From contig CM120640.1 of the NCBI GenBank assembly GCA_051362555.1, positions 35,173,967 through 35,237,966 of the forward strand: a DNA stretch of 64,000 nucleotides. The letters run 5' to 3'. Positions 13,357 to 36,300 of this stretch are shown here, in pieces. Below the pieces are notes generated by a model. It was not told where the DNA came from and made no database searches. It was given only the letters and a program-made list of their open reading frames with translations. Position numbers and translations under genes: made by a program. Source of the DNA: Lingula anatina (Eukaryota > Animalia > Brachiopoda). The stretch's first letter is position 1, and the number at the start of each line of letters is the position of its first letter.

Positions 13357-15646
13357 TTAAATAGGCAGACTGGCTGCTGTGGCTATCCCACACATGTTGT
13401 GGTCATTCCTGGCTATTAAGATGTAACCTTGCATTCCCCAATTTGTTCCTGGTGATGATAAAATTGATATTTTATGATATGATATTAAATATGAAAGAAA
13501 ATGTTCTTCTTCAATAACATTGTGAAACATACATGAAGAAAAATTGCAATATTAATGCACTGTGGAAATTTACCTTCTGTAGAGGGAAGTTAACCAAGAG
13601 CTTTACATTTTTGACAGTTTTTTGTTTGTTTGTTTGTTTGTTTGTTTTTCACTTATGTATCAAAATTAACTGTGCAAAATGTTTACACATTAAAATAAAC
13701 CTTTTGACATTTTCAAACTTATACATGATACCAAATTGACTCTAAGTTTTTATACACTATAATAATTTTTCTAATGCTATTTCTGATCAAATATTAAATA
13801 AATCAGATGAAAGATTTAATATATTCAATGGCTCTCACCCCAGCTGTTTTTACAGATCCAGTAATCCTTTCCAGACATGCTACCGTACCCCACCAACAGG
13901 AGAGCATGGTCCAATCTTTTATCACTACATGTCTTGTCTGCATACACCCCACTCCTGTACAACTGGAATGAACTATGGCTAGCATCAACCAACACCACCA
14001 CTGGATTTTGAAGAACAGCAAGTTGAAGGTCTGTCTCATTACCTTGCATAACAGGTCGGGATCCTTTAATCTAAATGGAAAATAGAATGATGTTCTGGTT
14101 ACAAAATTTGTAACATCTCTTGCAATACAGCATGATTTATTTTTTCTATCAAAAGATTTATATATTTTTGTGCAATGAAATATGACATGTCATATGCATT
14201 GCTTTAGCTGTTTACATCCATCAGGTGTTTGCAAATACACATTGGCTGATTATCTCTATCTTGATATTTCAATTTCATGAATTGGTAGCAGAAGATTGTA
14301 CATTAGAGGAAAATAACATAAAAAATCTCCATGGATATCGATATTTCCTCATGTTGCTTTAGGTTTCTCACCTGTGCAGCAGGGTGGCAAGAAGTACTGT
14401 GACATACTCCACTAGAAGCACTATGAGGATAGTCTGCCTCTGAGCACAGTCCACCCAGCTTCTTAATGCAAACAAAGGGATTCCCCATTAGGTGTCCTCT
14501 TGTGCAACAGTCGGAAGTCTCTTGGACACTCAGGGCAACCAGCTGACCAGTGTTGATTTTGTGGTAGCTATCTATGCTGTCTGAAAAAACACATGAATGG
14601 AATAGCTTTGAAGATTATCACATGCAATAAACTACAACATGTGGATGATTTTCTTTTCTTTTTTTTTTTTTACAATTCAATATTCCTTCAATTATAATTT
14701 CAGTAATTTGTGATGATAAATTTCACTTCATTTTCAAATAAAACTACCGTTTCCAGCCAAAGCTAGCACTTTGACAAAAGGTTAAAATAATTCATTTTAC
14801 ATGTGTCTAGAGTTCATATACACATATTATTTTAACATATATCAGATTGTACAATAAAACCATCACCTGTAACTGCAAATGCAACAGCATCCCCTGAACT
14901 GCCTTGATTATGAACTGGTGGGACCACTCCCCTTTTTCTCCAGTCAAAGGAAGCAGGAGTACCTTGTAGTTTTTGATATATGTATTTCACCTCTTCTGTC
15001 TTCTGTCTTTTAACCACAGCTGTTTCCCTCACCATTTCCTGTACAATTGAACAGCATGATATGTTCTGTAAAATCCTTTTCATGCACTGTTTATATGTAC
15101 AAAATTCATATAGACAAAAACTTTCAAATAAATGGCACAAGTAAATGACAATATGATTGCAACTCAGCAAGTGCAGGAAGGAAACATTCCACTGCTATTG
15201 TTATGTATCTGAAGAGACTGTGTCAATAAAATATTTTTATAATAGAATACTAGAAAATGTCTTTCCAATATTCATAAAACCAGGAAATGCATGCCACTTG
15301 CTGTCAGGATGTTTTTTCACAAAGTCCTTGAAGACTTAAAAAGTATACATCAATGCACCTGTTTACTTGTGATAAAAATTATCAAATATTAATTTTATTG
15401 ACTCACCTTCAGTGTTCTGTCAGCAAATTTATTAAGTTCCACTGTGAATGAAGGATACTTTGAGTTGTGGTCCAGCACAAAGGCTAAATTTCTCGTCCAT
15501 GTATGTTTTCTAAATTCTTCCTCAGCAGCACTTTCATATTTTTTGTGATGCTGTTTCTTCCATATTTGCCAGTGAGTTTCATTGGCAGGAAAACTGGCCG
15601 TGGTCAGAGAAAATAAGAGACAAACCAAAAAAGCAACATGTACCAT
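13357..15646 (-). CDS. Cathepsin L-like C1A protein, copy A; predicted catalytically inactive
   Basis: Five exons (15407-15646, 14867-15038, ~14371-14580, ~13838-14070, 13357-13449), same architecture as copy B. The catalytic region reads [12 protein letters not shown] instead of NQGxCGSCWAFS. His (LDHA) and Asn (KNSWG) are retained. A splice acceptor sits immediately before the ATG. Confidence 0.92.
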
Positions 15647-15847
15647 TCTGAAACAGAATTTAAAATGTGCAGCATTGGTAGGTCAGTTTATCAGTAAGTT
15701 TACTTATCAGTTGTTATCTAAATCCTGATTACATAGTGGGCAAACAATACAATAAAGCCAGCTAGAATATTGTTTCCTAGTTTTTCTATTTCATACTGAA
15801 AACATTACCATAGTTATTACATAGGTGCAGTATGCCCCTCCGCCTCG

Positions 15848-15891
<44 letters not shown>

Positions 15892-16496
15892 CCTTGATAA
15901 ATAAAACTTCCCCATGATTTTTTTTTCAACTAAATCCAGTTATGCATTGTCTTGATAACTGATCAATGTTTGTGTTAAACAAATAAATAAGTTTCAAAAT
16001 CTACTCTATTGTTTTTAAGATTATACAAGAAAGTTCATTCAAATGTAGGCATACTGAAAGCTTTTAACTTAAAAGTAAAACAACGAATATCAAGGAATAC
16101 ATATTGTATTTTAATATATAAATTTTTGTAAAATCGAGAGAGAGAGAGAGAACTGATGTAAAGAAACTTATCAAAGACAAAACTTATCACACACCTCAAA
16201 GCATTAATTATTTTTCACTTTTGAGTTGCCGCAGTAATGTTTACATGGTCCACCATCTTGTCTGTCATGTGACCGTGGGAATTTAATCATATGACTTACA
16301 TTTGGACGAGTTCAAGTTATAAACTTGGTTAGAAGTGGTCATTTCATTCTTCAAAATCAGCACCGTTTGTAAAAATGATGAAAATGAAGCTAAACAGAAG
16401 AAACAATACCAAATGATAAAGAACTGAATCTTTTTTTCATCAACTTTGTAGCTCGCTGGTCGGACGATTTCATTTTGCTGCGACCGCAATGTCAAA

Positions 16497-25773
<9,277 letters not shown>

Positions 25774-26141
25774 ATGGTGCTGTCAAATAATTGGTGCTTA
25801 TTCACGTGTGCAACTCGGGGCTAGATATGATATGCATGTGTAGCAGAGAAGCTCTTCGTCAAAGGAATGCTGGTTAGAAAGCCTGGCTGACCAGCGAGCA
25901 CAAAAAGGAACTCGGAAAACCTGGGAGCTGGTTGTATATCTATTGAGTGAACTTGGTGTGTTATTATTTGGAGGTGGTAATAGGAAAAAATGGGAGCATA
26001 TTATTCAAGGTTAGTTTAAATGAAAGGGACAGTTACTGGGCATGAAATATTTGACTGCAGGATAGATTCAGTTGCTGGGGAGGTAACTGTAAAAAATTGT
26101 TAGAAAAGACTAGAAGGAAACCTATTTAAAATTTATTTTAA

Positions 26142-26483
26142 AGGGATAATAACTCTTCGTATGAGGTCTATATTTCACAATGAAAACATTATGAATAAGT
26201 CATAGAAATATAATATATTATGTTTTACGTCAAAAACAGCAGTTATAGCTATTATTCTGATATCTGAGCTTGTCTTCAGACTACGTGACCTCCATTGATG
26301 GCTATACTCTGTTATAATCTCTTAAGAGATTTTAACAAAAAAAAAAACAAACTTTTTAGAAAAAACACAAGGGACTAACTTTGAATGTAAAAATGGATTC
26401 ATTAACCATTGGTAAGTATGGAAAAATTGATGTTTACTCCAGGAAAATTCAGTTTTTGGCCAAAACGAAGAGTTATTATCCCT
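26142..26483. mobile_element. TTAA-target MITE (Kolobok/T2-like termini), copy 2, in the probable KIAA0930 3' UTR
   Basis: Same TIRs and TTAA TSD (26138-26141, 26484-26487). Internal sequence is highly similar to 9188-9524. Confidence 0.93.
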
Positions 26484-28205
26484 TTAATCTGTCAAAAGAA
26501 AACCAAATCTAACCAGTAAAAAGATACCTAAAGAGCTGCTTCATGGTTTACTGAATTATATGAAATAGGACTGGCAGGATTCTGGAAGTTTTACCAGATA
26601 ATGGTGACTTATTGCACTGTGTAACTGCTTTGATGAAGCGAAAAGTTGTAAATGAAGATGCGCATTCCTTGATGTTTGAGCACCGAATTTAATCATTCCA
26701 CAAAGAAAACTTTGTTTTCATTTAATTATTGAAAATTCCACATCGTTTACAGAATTTGGTTACCAATATTGGTATAATTTTTAAATATTGCCAAGTGCAT
26801 TCAAGTGAAATTATTTATTTTTTAAGATATTTGATGTGGCACCTCAATTTGTAGGGTGGATTTTAAGATGGATGGATGAAGACTTAATGTGGTAGGCCTA
26901 TGTTTATTGTCCTTGCAATTATTATTCTGTTGTGAAAAGTGGCTGTTTGTATTCTGTATTGCCATTATTTGAGAAGGGGGGGGGAATTAAAGTTTGTGAC
27001 CATGATAAAATATTATTGTTATTCAGTTATTTAGGTCAGGTATTGAAAATCTATTGCTCATGACAACCAATCTGCTGAGCTGTTCTTTCAAGTGTTCTAC
27101 GGTTGATCTCGATCTTGATAATCATTGTGATTAAGCAATCATTGGTCCTTAAAATCAAGTTTATGAAGTTGAAAATTTTAATATATTCTGCATGATAGTT
27201 CAGTTTCATAAAATCATGTCTTTGCTTATTATATTTTACAATTTGATAATTTTCATATTCAATTACCTAAAATGGATTGGAAGGTGACCAAAAGTATAAA
27301 AAAAAAATGTTAGATAACACAATCATAATGATAAAATAAGTGTTGCTTAAGATTGGGTTATAAAATATTTCAATAATTTGTATGACAAAAGAGAACTAGG
27401 ATTTTTGTGCAATTGAACAAAGTGACACCTATGTTGCCCGCTTCTGAAGATATTCACGTTTTATATACATATATATGAGTGTATTTTTTTTACTGGATAT
27501 TGATTTACTATTTTTCCTTTTATGTATTATATAATAAATTTGTATATTTATTTAATTCTAACACAGTACATCAATAAAGCCAGTATTCCAAGTTTCGATT
27601 GCTTCATGTTTCTTTTTAGAAAAATGTGACCTGTTCCCAGCAGGCAAAGGCAAATCTTCAACCTTGAAAAGCAGATGAAGGTCAGACTTGTTTCAAATGT
27701 GTTTTACTTGGCCTTTTCGGAAATTTGTCATAAAAGTAATTTCCAAAGCTCTCACACCAAAAACTATTTCAAACTTAAATTGGCAAAATCACATTCTAAA
27801 GTGTCAAGCACATATGATTGTCCATTAACATGAAATATTTTATTGCAAAACATCAACATTTAACAAGTGAAATGCATGTTCAAGTATGAAAAAGATCAAC
27901 TGACAAACCAGTCTCCATTTAGTTTATCGTAACACCAAGCACATAATTTACCAAGTCAAAGTTCTCGGGAAATCTTATACATTGTTCTCTTTTTTTACCA
28001 CAGTAAACTTGCTGTAACTAATTCTCTTTTTAGATAAGATTGGAAATGGCCAATGCATTTAATAAAGACCCAACTAGTAATGATGCCTTTCAACTCTTAT
28101 GAAATTTGGCAATTTTATATGAATGATAAAGCTACTGCTTTACAACTTTTCAATTTCAGAAATCCTACATAAAAATTACCATAATTAAATAAAACTATTT
28201 ACTGA

Positions 28206-28241
28206 GTAAAGCCATAGAAGTCTCTACTTCTATGGTAAAGC
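28206..28241. mobile_element. 22-bp hairpin with 7-bp direct flanks; probable transposon footprint or minimal MITE
   Basis: GTAAAGC | CATAGAAGT-CTCT-ACTTCTATG | GTAAAGC. Confidence 0.6.
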
Positions 28242-29771
28242 GTACCTGGGCCTACAATCCCAAATGTATCCATAATTATTACAAAAAATTCTTATTGGCA
28301 AATGGAAAGAAATTACTGCTTCATTTTGTCATGGCAACAATTAAGTGAGTAGGTCCTCTTTCTACAGCACATTGCCCCTATGCTCTGTCACAAGAAAAAA
28401 AAATCAATCCACTTTTGAAAAAAATGAAATAAGAATCTTACAAAGTTTTTGAGCACTGAAGACCAGTGTCTGAATTCACTGTTTAGGCACAGATAAAATT
28501 TCTAACCTCCATGACACTTCTACGACATTTCCCCAATGTTGAGAGAGAGAATGCTGGATTTGTTAGTACCTGTATTGACTAGTTTTTTTTTTTAATCTTT
28601 TTTATCCAATTCAATAAAATTCAATTCAATAAAAAGTGAACAATTCAAACAATAACAATTACAAATGTCAATCTTTTTTTAAACCTTTGTAACAAGGAAA
28701 ATATATACAAAAAAGTAATGTTTTACAGCACTGCACTACAACTGCTTGCTGTAATCTACTCAAAAATGTAAAAGTTAATATTCTTAAAGTGTAAAAAGAT
28801 TATATTTTTGTTTATTTTTTAAGGAACAATATGTCCTTGGCAACAAACATTCAGAACCAAATCTTAAAAAAAAAAAAAAAAAACAGCATAAATAATGTGA
28901 TTAAGTAGATTATCTTTCTGTAAAATCACAGCTTCTGAAAAGATACTTATTAGCTTTATGATAGTCAATGTATATAGATGAACAAATTAATTTTAATCAC
29001 ACATGGTTTGGCACATTATTATCTAATTTTAATCCGATTACCCTTCCTAGAAATGTACAGATTTCTGGGAAAAATATTAATTACGTTAATACATATAGCA
29101 TGTCAGGTAATGATATCTAATTTGAAAAAGTGACAAAATGATTTAAATATTGTAAATAAACTCTTTCACAACAAATAGTGGTTAAAAATCTACTACACAT
29201 GGCCAATATATTAGATCCTTTTCTCCGACCTACCATTTCTTATGGCAGTATAAAGTTGGGCGACCTATTACTTTCAATTAACATGGCTTATACCCCAGCT
29301 TTCTTTAATACTGATCAAATATTCTGAAACCAAAAATTCCTAGTTTAAAACTGCCTAAACTTTCACAAAATCAAATGTTATTTTTAATACATTTAGTTAT
29401 GTTTTGCTGAGTTTTTATCAATATCTAATATTTGAACATCTATATTTAGACATCTAGTTATATGTATCCATCGAATTTTGATCAATATCTAAATATTCCT
29501 TAAACAAACTTTCCTTGTTTATAAATGCCTCAGCCTGGAAAGGACCAATGTTCTTAAGCGTCTTGTCATTCATATCTAATGCCATCTAATATTTATTAGC
29601 AAACCGCAATTTCCTTTTAACATTTACAAACTAATTAATGAAAAACTCCACCTTCAAATTCTTTCCATCAACTGACCAAATTAAAATGGTAAATTAATTG
29701 ATAATGCACAAAAACTAACTCTGTTAAGTGTCAATGCAAAACACTCCACACTGGTGAACAGGGAAAGACCT

Positions 29772-30350
29772 TTAGAAGTACACTGAATCATCAGAGAAAT
29801 CAAGGATTCCAAAATCTTCAGGGACCTAATGAAAAAGAATGCTCAGTATGAAACAACTTTTTCAAATAATCAACTGTTCATCGGCATTTTAAAGTTTAAA
29901 GTTCAAGTTTAAATAGATCTGATGTATCAAGCATATTAAAGGTCGTTGTGCTATGAAATTAATTTTTTTCCAAAAATGATATCTGATATCTCGAAAGAAA
30001 ATAATAATCATATGAGAGCAACTTCTTTAAGAAAATATATACCTCATGAAGTTCTTTATGTGAAGGAGATCTTATGACCTTTTCACCAGGAACCATAGCA
30101 AACTCATTTGATTCAGGAATCAAACCATCTGACATCTAACAACAAAGCAAAGTCTTTTTTAAATATATAAGATTCTTAAAACATACAATAAAAAATGTGC
30201 CAATTTTTATTTGTCATATTTCTGGTAATCTTAAATTTGTGTGGTAATAGTAACAGACAAGGTAGAAACAATCAAAAATACAAATAAGGCCACACCTTTT
30301 TAATTTTATGGATGACATCCTGCGCGCGCACCGATTTTCGTCCGTTCTCC

Positions 30351-30382
<32 letters not shown>

Positions 30383-33300
30383 CCCCCCCCAAACCGCCCC
30401 CCCCCCCCCCCCCCCCCAAAGGAAGTCGGTTGTCGCAAACATCGTTATTGAATTTGCCGGAAAATGCAATCGGCAATTCTCTGCTAATTCCGCAAGCTCC
30501 ATACTGTCATTGTCGACTGCGGAGACATCCGAGTAGTTCCGAGTGTGGAAAATGAGCTTTCTGCGCATGCGTATTATCACCACATGGAAATATGGCCGTT
30601 TTGCCATCAACTTCATCTCTAGCATTAATTTCAAAATACACGACAATTAAAGTCATAAAGAGAACGGGGGCCGTCGTTTTGGATTGGTTTGCCATTGATA
30701 TTGGACATGGAGATATCACCCTTTTACAATTTTACGAAAGGCTGGCCGCGGCCAGCAATCATCGCCCGGAAAATTTCAGTGACATTCTGTCCAAAGCAGC
30801 ACATACCAGTTTCTTTTTGGAGCGAAAAAAGGGTCGACAAGAGCGTCGCGGTATTTGGTGGACTGAAGGTCGGACAGGCCACCCGATAGTTGGCTGCTAG
30901 CGTGTGAGTCGAAGTAGACAAAATGGCATCGACCGAAATTACCTTAGTAGTAGGAAGCATAGGCCTATCTTTGCTTAATTTTTTTAACAATTCTGTGAAG
31001 TGTTTACAATGCTTTAATTTTCTGAGAGTACAAATAAAGACACGCTATTTATTTGATATTTGTTTTATTGGTTTCTATACCAACAGAATGCATGAAATAA
31101 CCTTAAATAGATTTGGTAATATGCAGCATATATATTCATGACTTTTTACCTTTCTACGAAGTAGGCCCTATTCACAATGCTTTAATATTTTGAGAGCATG
31201 GATAAAGACATGTTGTTAGTTTGATACGTGTTTCTGTGGTAAATTAGTGTTTCCAGCTGTGTACTGAAAACATAACTTTTCTTAAGCAGTTTTTTTTTTT
31301 TTTTTTTTTTGGACTGTTTTTTTTTTTTTTCGCCCGCTCGCACCGACTTTGGGGTCCCCAGAGGATGTCATCCATAAAAATAAAAAAGTGTGGCCTAACT
31401 TGAAAAAACTTACTGAAATGATACATGTATTCAAACAGGTGAAATATCTATGTTAATCTCTTATTCTGTTCACTTACCAACTGCAGAGGGGACTTGTTTC
31501 CAACCATCTCATACAAACATTCATCTGTAGCATTGAAATCTATGTCAAAGTCGAGTTCTTGGCCAAAGTTGAGTGTGCTGCTGTCATTATCCTGGCTAAC
31601 ATAAATGTCCCCAGGAGGTTCATCACTGGAGTCTGGACCTGTGGATTTTTCCTCCAATTCCTGAGGATCTTTGGCTTCCAGTGTTTTCTCTTGTTTCTCA
31701 AGAAAATCATCTATGACTTCCACGGGATATGTCATTATCTTTTCTGCAATCCCCCCAAAATTGAAATTACAAGTGCTTAGGGTATCTGCTAGCTAGGCTT
31801 ATGTTAAATATAATTTTGTATAATTTTATATATAATTTTTTATATAACTGAATCTAGCACATAAAACAAACATTTACCAACATAAAACAAACATTTACCA
31901 TACAAAATGACTAAACATTATTGACATTTTAAGCCTTCTCACCAAAATAAGGGAACACAAGGGTCAAATGAATTACTTTGTTCAGAATAAACATAAATGA
32001 AGTCAGTCAAAATGAAATATAATATGCACCTTCTTCAGTGAATAGAGAACTTGTAACTTCCTTCAGATCATCACTAAGATCACTACTCTGGGAGTCGTCA
32101 CTAGAGTTCTCCACCATTGCCATGGTAACCATAGTTTCACGGAAATCTTCCGGGAGTTTCTGCCACATGTCTGCAATAGTGCTGGACAGACATTCTGGCT
32201 TGACGTCCAATTCTTTAGCCGTCTCCTTGTAAAACTTCAAGTAGCTATATATGAATGAGGAAATGTTCAGAATCATGTAACTTGTATATCACTTACAACC
32301 GAAAATGGAAATTGGAAAGAAAATATTATGGAGATATGATAGAAACCATTAAAATTAATGTGCAATGTGGTATATGCCAAGATTTATATGTGATGCAATT
32401 GAACTTTTGCAAGTTTTGACCATTTTTCAAAAAAAAAATAAATAAATAAATGAATATTGTTGGTCTGACACACATATGCACCTACCCATCAAAGTCCTGA
32501 CAGTTAGGTGTGGGGGTAGAAGCAGGTTCAAGTGCCTGAAGAGCTACTGTGGCAGGTTTTGAATTGGGTGCTGGGCTACACGTAGATGGTTTTTCAGATT
32601 TCTTACGGCCAAACCTGAAAAAAAAGTTCATTCCATGTAAAACAGACTGACATATTATAAAATCAGCAACTTTGGCTGAAGAATGCAAAATATTACGTTG
32701 ACTTGAAAAAAAAAAGATCAACAGCTATTTTGATATATGATCTGATGCCTGAATGTCAATGTCCTAATTAATTCATATAAAATACCTACTTGACCAATTT
32801 GGTTTGTGTTATCTGTGAATCATCTGATTTCAGCTCAGTACTGTCCTCAGCCACTACCTTGAACCTACTCTTACTGCGCCTCTGATACATCCTAAAGATA
32901 GAGAAAAATTTAGCTACATTAAGTTATGACTGATAAGAATTAAGCAAACAATACCTAGTAAAACTGAGGGTAAAATTTTTGAGTGTAAAACTCAAAGTGG
33001 ACTTAAGCTGTATGTCTTTACAATATTGCATTGAATACTCTCAAACATCAGACTGAGAGTTCCCAAGTAAATCTATTGCTTTTGTCAACAGAATTGTGGA
33101 ATATATTCGTACTTCAAAAAGTTGACCCACTGCAGATTATGCTGATAAAACAAAAGATGGGGTAAATTTTAGACGTTTTCCAACACATTTTAAATTGCTA
33201 ATGGTTGACAAAAGAAACTACATACTTGGTCTTGAACACATATACCCCATTCACACTACGCTCAGTTATCCGGATAAATTGCGAATGAGGTCACAATTCA

Positions 33301-36300
33301 AATAAATGCAGTAGTGTGAACGCAAGAGGATTTTTGTAATGCGCATTTTCAAAATCCTGCAAGCGAGGTGGATTTCTAAGCGCGATCCGGATAACTTACC
33401 GGAATCAACACCTGTACAGATCTTACTGCGCATGTGTGCAGATAAGTGCGGGTATCTATGAACGCTTGTTTATTACTTTAGCGATTGCACCAAACGTATT
33501 TGGAGGTCACCACTCACTACAACATGAGGAAACAAACTTATTTTGCCACCTTATACTTCTCAAGAATGCTGGAATGTCTTTTGAGTTGCATTTGTCGTCA
33601 CAAATTTTTGTTGGTATTTTAAGATTTCCAGTGCGGCGCATGCACGAGTGTTCAAAACAGGAAGTTAAACCTGAAATTTTCAACGTGTAATTTGGTTTCG
33701 CTTAGCGTGTGTGAACACAATACCGAATCGAATTCCTCACAAAAAATTCGGATTATAGAAATGCGCATTTTTGCAACTGTAGTGTGAATGGGGTAATAGT
33801 AAATGTAACTCAACAGTAGAATATCCAAGAATTAAATCACCTCTGTAAATGTAACATTTTAGAAATATGACATACAGAAAAATAATTTTATCACAACACC
33901 ATGACTTACATCACGTAAAAAATAATGCAGTATGCATAATACTTATGGAATTATATATAAGAAGCTGGGCTCTGTAACTCGAAATCATCACAAATTGCAA
34001 CCGAGCGCAAGCACCTCTATTCCATAACTCGGGATTGACTTGCCCCATATAATAGCCTCGAAAGAAAAGGTGATATCGCTATTCACAATTCATGATGCTT
34101 TTGAGTTACAGAGCCCTGGTTAATATTATATGATATTACATTACATTATACAATCAAATGGTTAAAATTTCATATACCCCTCAAGCTTCCTTCTACACTT
34201 TGGGTTTGCACTCACAACTGCCTCTCCAGGCTTTCTTTTGGTTGGTGTTGGGCTGTCCTCACTTTGACTGAAAAAAAATATAAATATATATTTGTTTGCT
34301 TTTAAAATTCTTCCCCCTGAAAGCATCATGCAACAGGTATTTTTTATCAAAACGCATTACAGGGCTAACAATATACAATGACAATCAATGTGTCTATTCA
34401 GTTACATGTATATGTCCCAAGCATAGAACCAGATCAGCAGGTCACCGTTTATAACTTGCCAAGAATCACTTAATTATTTCCTCTCTGATTCTTTACGTTT
34501 GGATCATTTAAATTGGCATGATTGCAATTTTTAAGCAAGTTCTGAACATGCTTAAATCTGGCTAAGCAAATGTAAAATAATTTTAATTCGTTATTTATCA
34601 ACTTTTCATTTTGACTTGTAGCCTCTAAGATCCACTAATCCATGTGACAAGTGAGGTAAAATAAGTACAGAATGATGCACCAATGGTAATCATTGGAGAC
34701 AGCCTAACTGTTTGCACTGTGTGACCTCATATGAGACAAGAAAATGTGAAAAAATGTGAAAAAACACTACACTCTCTAGCCTACCATTATTTCTGACACG
34801 ACTCCACTTCAAATCCCTTGAAATCTCCTTTGATTTTACACTAAGTCATAAAGTTTTTGGCTTTTACAGATGATTCCCATCCCATTAATGTTAAAAAAGA
34901 TTTTAAACATGCTAATGTATAAAGATCATTTAATAGATTTCAAAAATATTATAAAAGCACCACAACTTACCTTTGACTAAAATAAAGCCCGTTATTCAGT
35001 TGGTGTTGGTTCTTGCTGTCCCTTGGAGAATTCCACTCAGAAGCTTCATCAGAAAAACTGAATAACAAAATGAAAAAAAAAATTATGAAGAACAATTTTT
35101 TTACCACAAATAATTAACTGGGTTTTTGTGTCAATGTTAAACCATGCTTAATTACAGTATGTTGTCATTTAAAGTTAGTTTTTTCTACTGTTGCTTTTAT
35201 TTCTTAATTGATCAATCTCAAGTTATGGGAAGAAAGCCACTCAACATTAGATAAAGAAGATTGATTATTAAGCTACATAGTTTATAATTCAGTCTTTGAA
35301 AACTGTACATTCTTATAGTTTTAACTAAACCAGAAATAAAAATCAGACCCTGTACAAATATATTACAAATTAAATGACCCTTTATTTACCCATCAATTTC
35401 ATCCTCAAGATTAATGGCCTCCATAGTTTCATGACACAGCAAACTTTCATCATCTAGGTCCTGAATGTAATATAAATTTTACAATGTGTTTTTTGCTACA
35501 AGCACTGGTTTATCACAATAGAAATATCATATAATTTTAGTGGTCTGGGATCAGGATGTCTGTTTAAACTGGTGGCAATGCAAAAGTTATACAAAAGTAT
35601 GAACACTTGTAATGGAAAGAATATGCAATCTAGGTACTTAATAATATAGTCCATATTAAACATCAAATATAAGAAACTTGACATCGGATTTCATAAAGAA
35701 AAAGCAAATCAAACTAATACTGAACCTCTGAATTCCGAGCGTCTGTCTGTGCATCCTCTTTCCAGTTGTCAGGAAGTTTGATAGGAGTGAACCCAGGACT
35801 GTATTTCTGGTGAAATATCTGGAAAAAAAATCAGCAGAAATATTTTGATGCGTAATATCACCAAGTTCTCCTATACTAGTTGCTACCAGTAGAACGCTCT
35901 GGAACATTGTGCCCAATTTACTTGATCCTACTCCCCATCATAAACAAAAATGGTTCCTTTACATCATGGAAATGTGAGATAGTCATTTAATTCTGTCTTT
36001 GATCTAGAGATCCACACATACCAGTATATACATCCAAATCAATCATTATTTTCAATTAATACATCATATTAAATATGACAAGTAAATCAAGCAAGATTGA
36101 GCTAACTGTGGCTTATCCCGAGGAGCAGCATTAGTGCAGGGTGCACATTGTTAGCTTTTTCGAAGACGTAATTTCAAGACAATTTATCCCACAACTTACT
36201 ACCACATGATCCTTCTTGCTTGGTGTTCCAAGGCTCCAAGTCCCCTCCAAGTATGGTGCTGTTTCTGAGACCACATTCTCTATTCTCAAGGACAGTACAG

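Noticed and set aside
10070-15646. Calling the cathepsin-like genes silicateins
   Set aside because: The nucleophile position aligns to Ala, not Ser, and the silicatein serine cluster is not evident.
30214-31141. Several overlapping ORFs with poly-G/F/K/P tracts
   Set aside because: They lie inside the Harbinger-like element and arise from homopolymer runs; no transposase motif is recognisable.
33225-33262. Minus-strand RSVNG-like text resembling an HMG-box start
   Set aside because: It is the terminal inverted repeat of the 33243-33795 MITE, not an exon.
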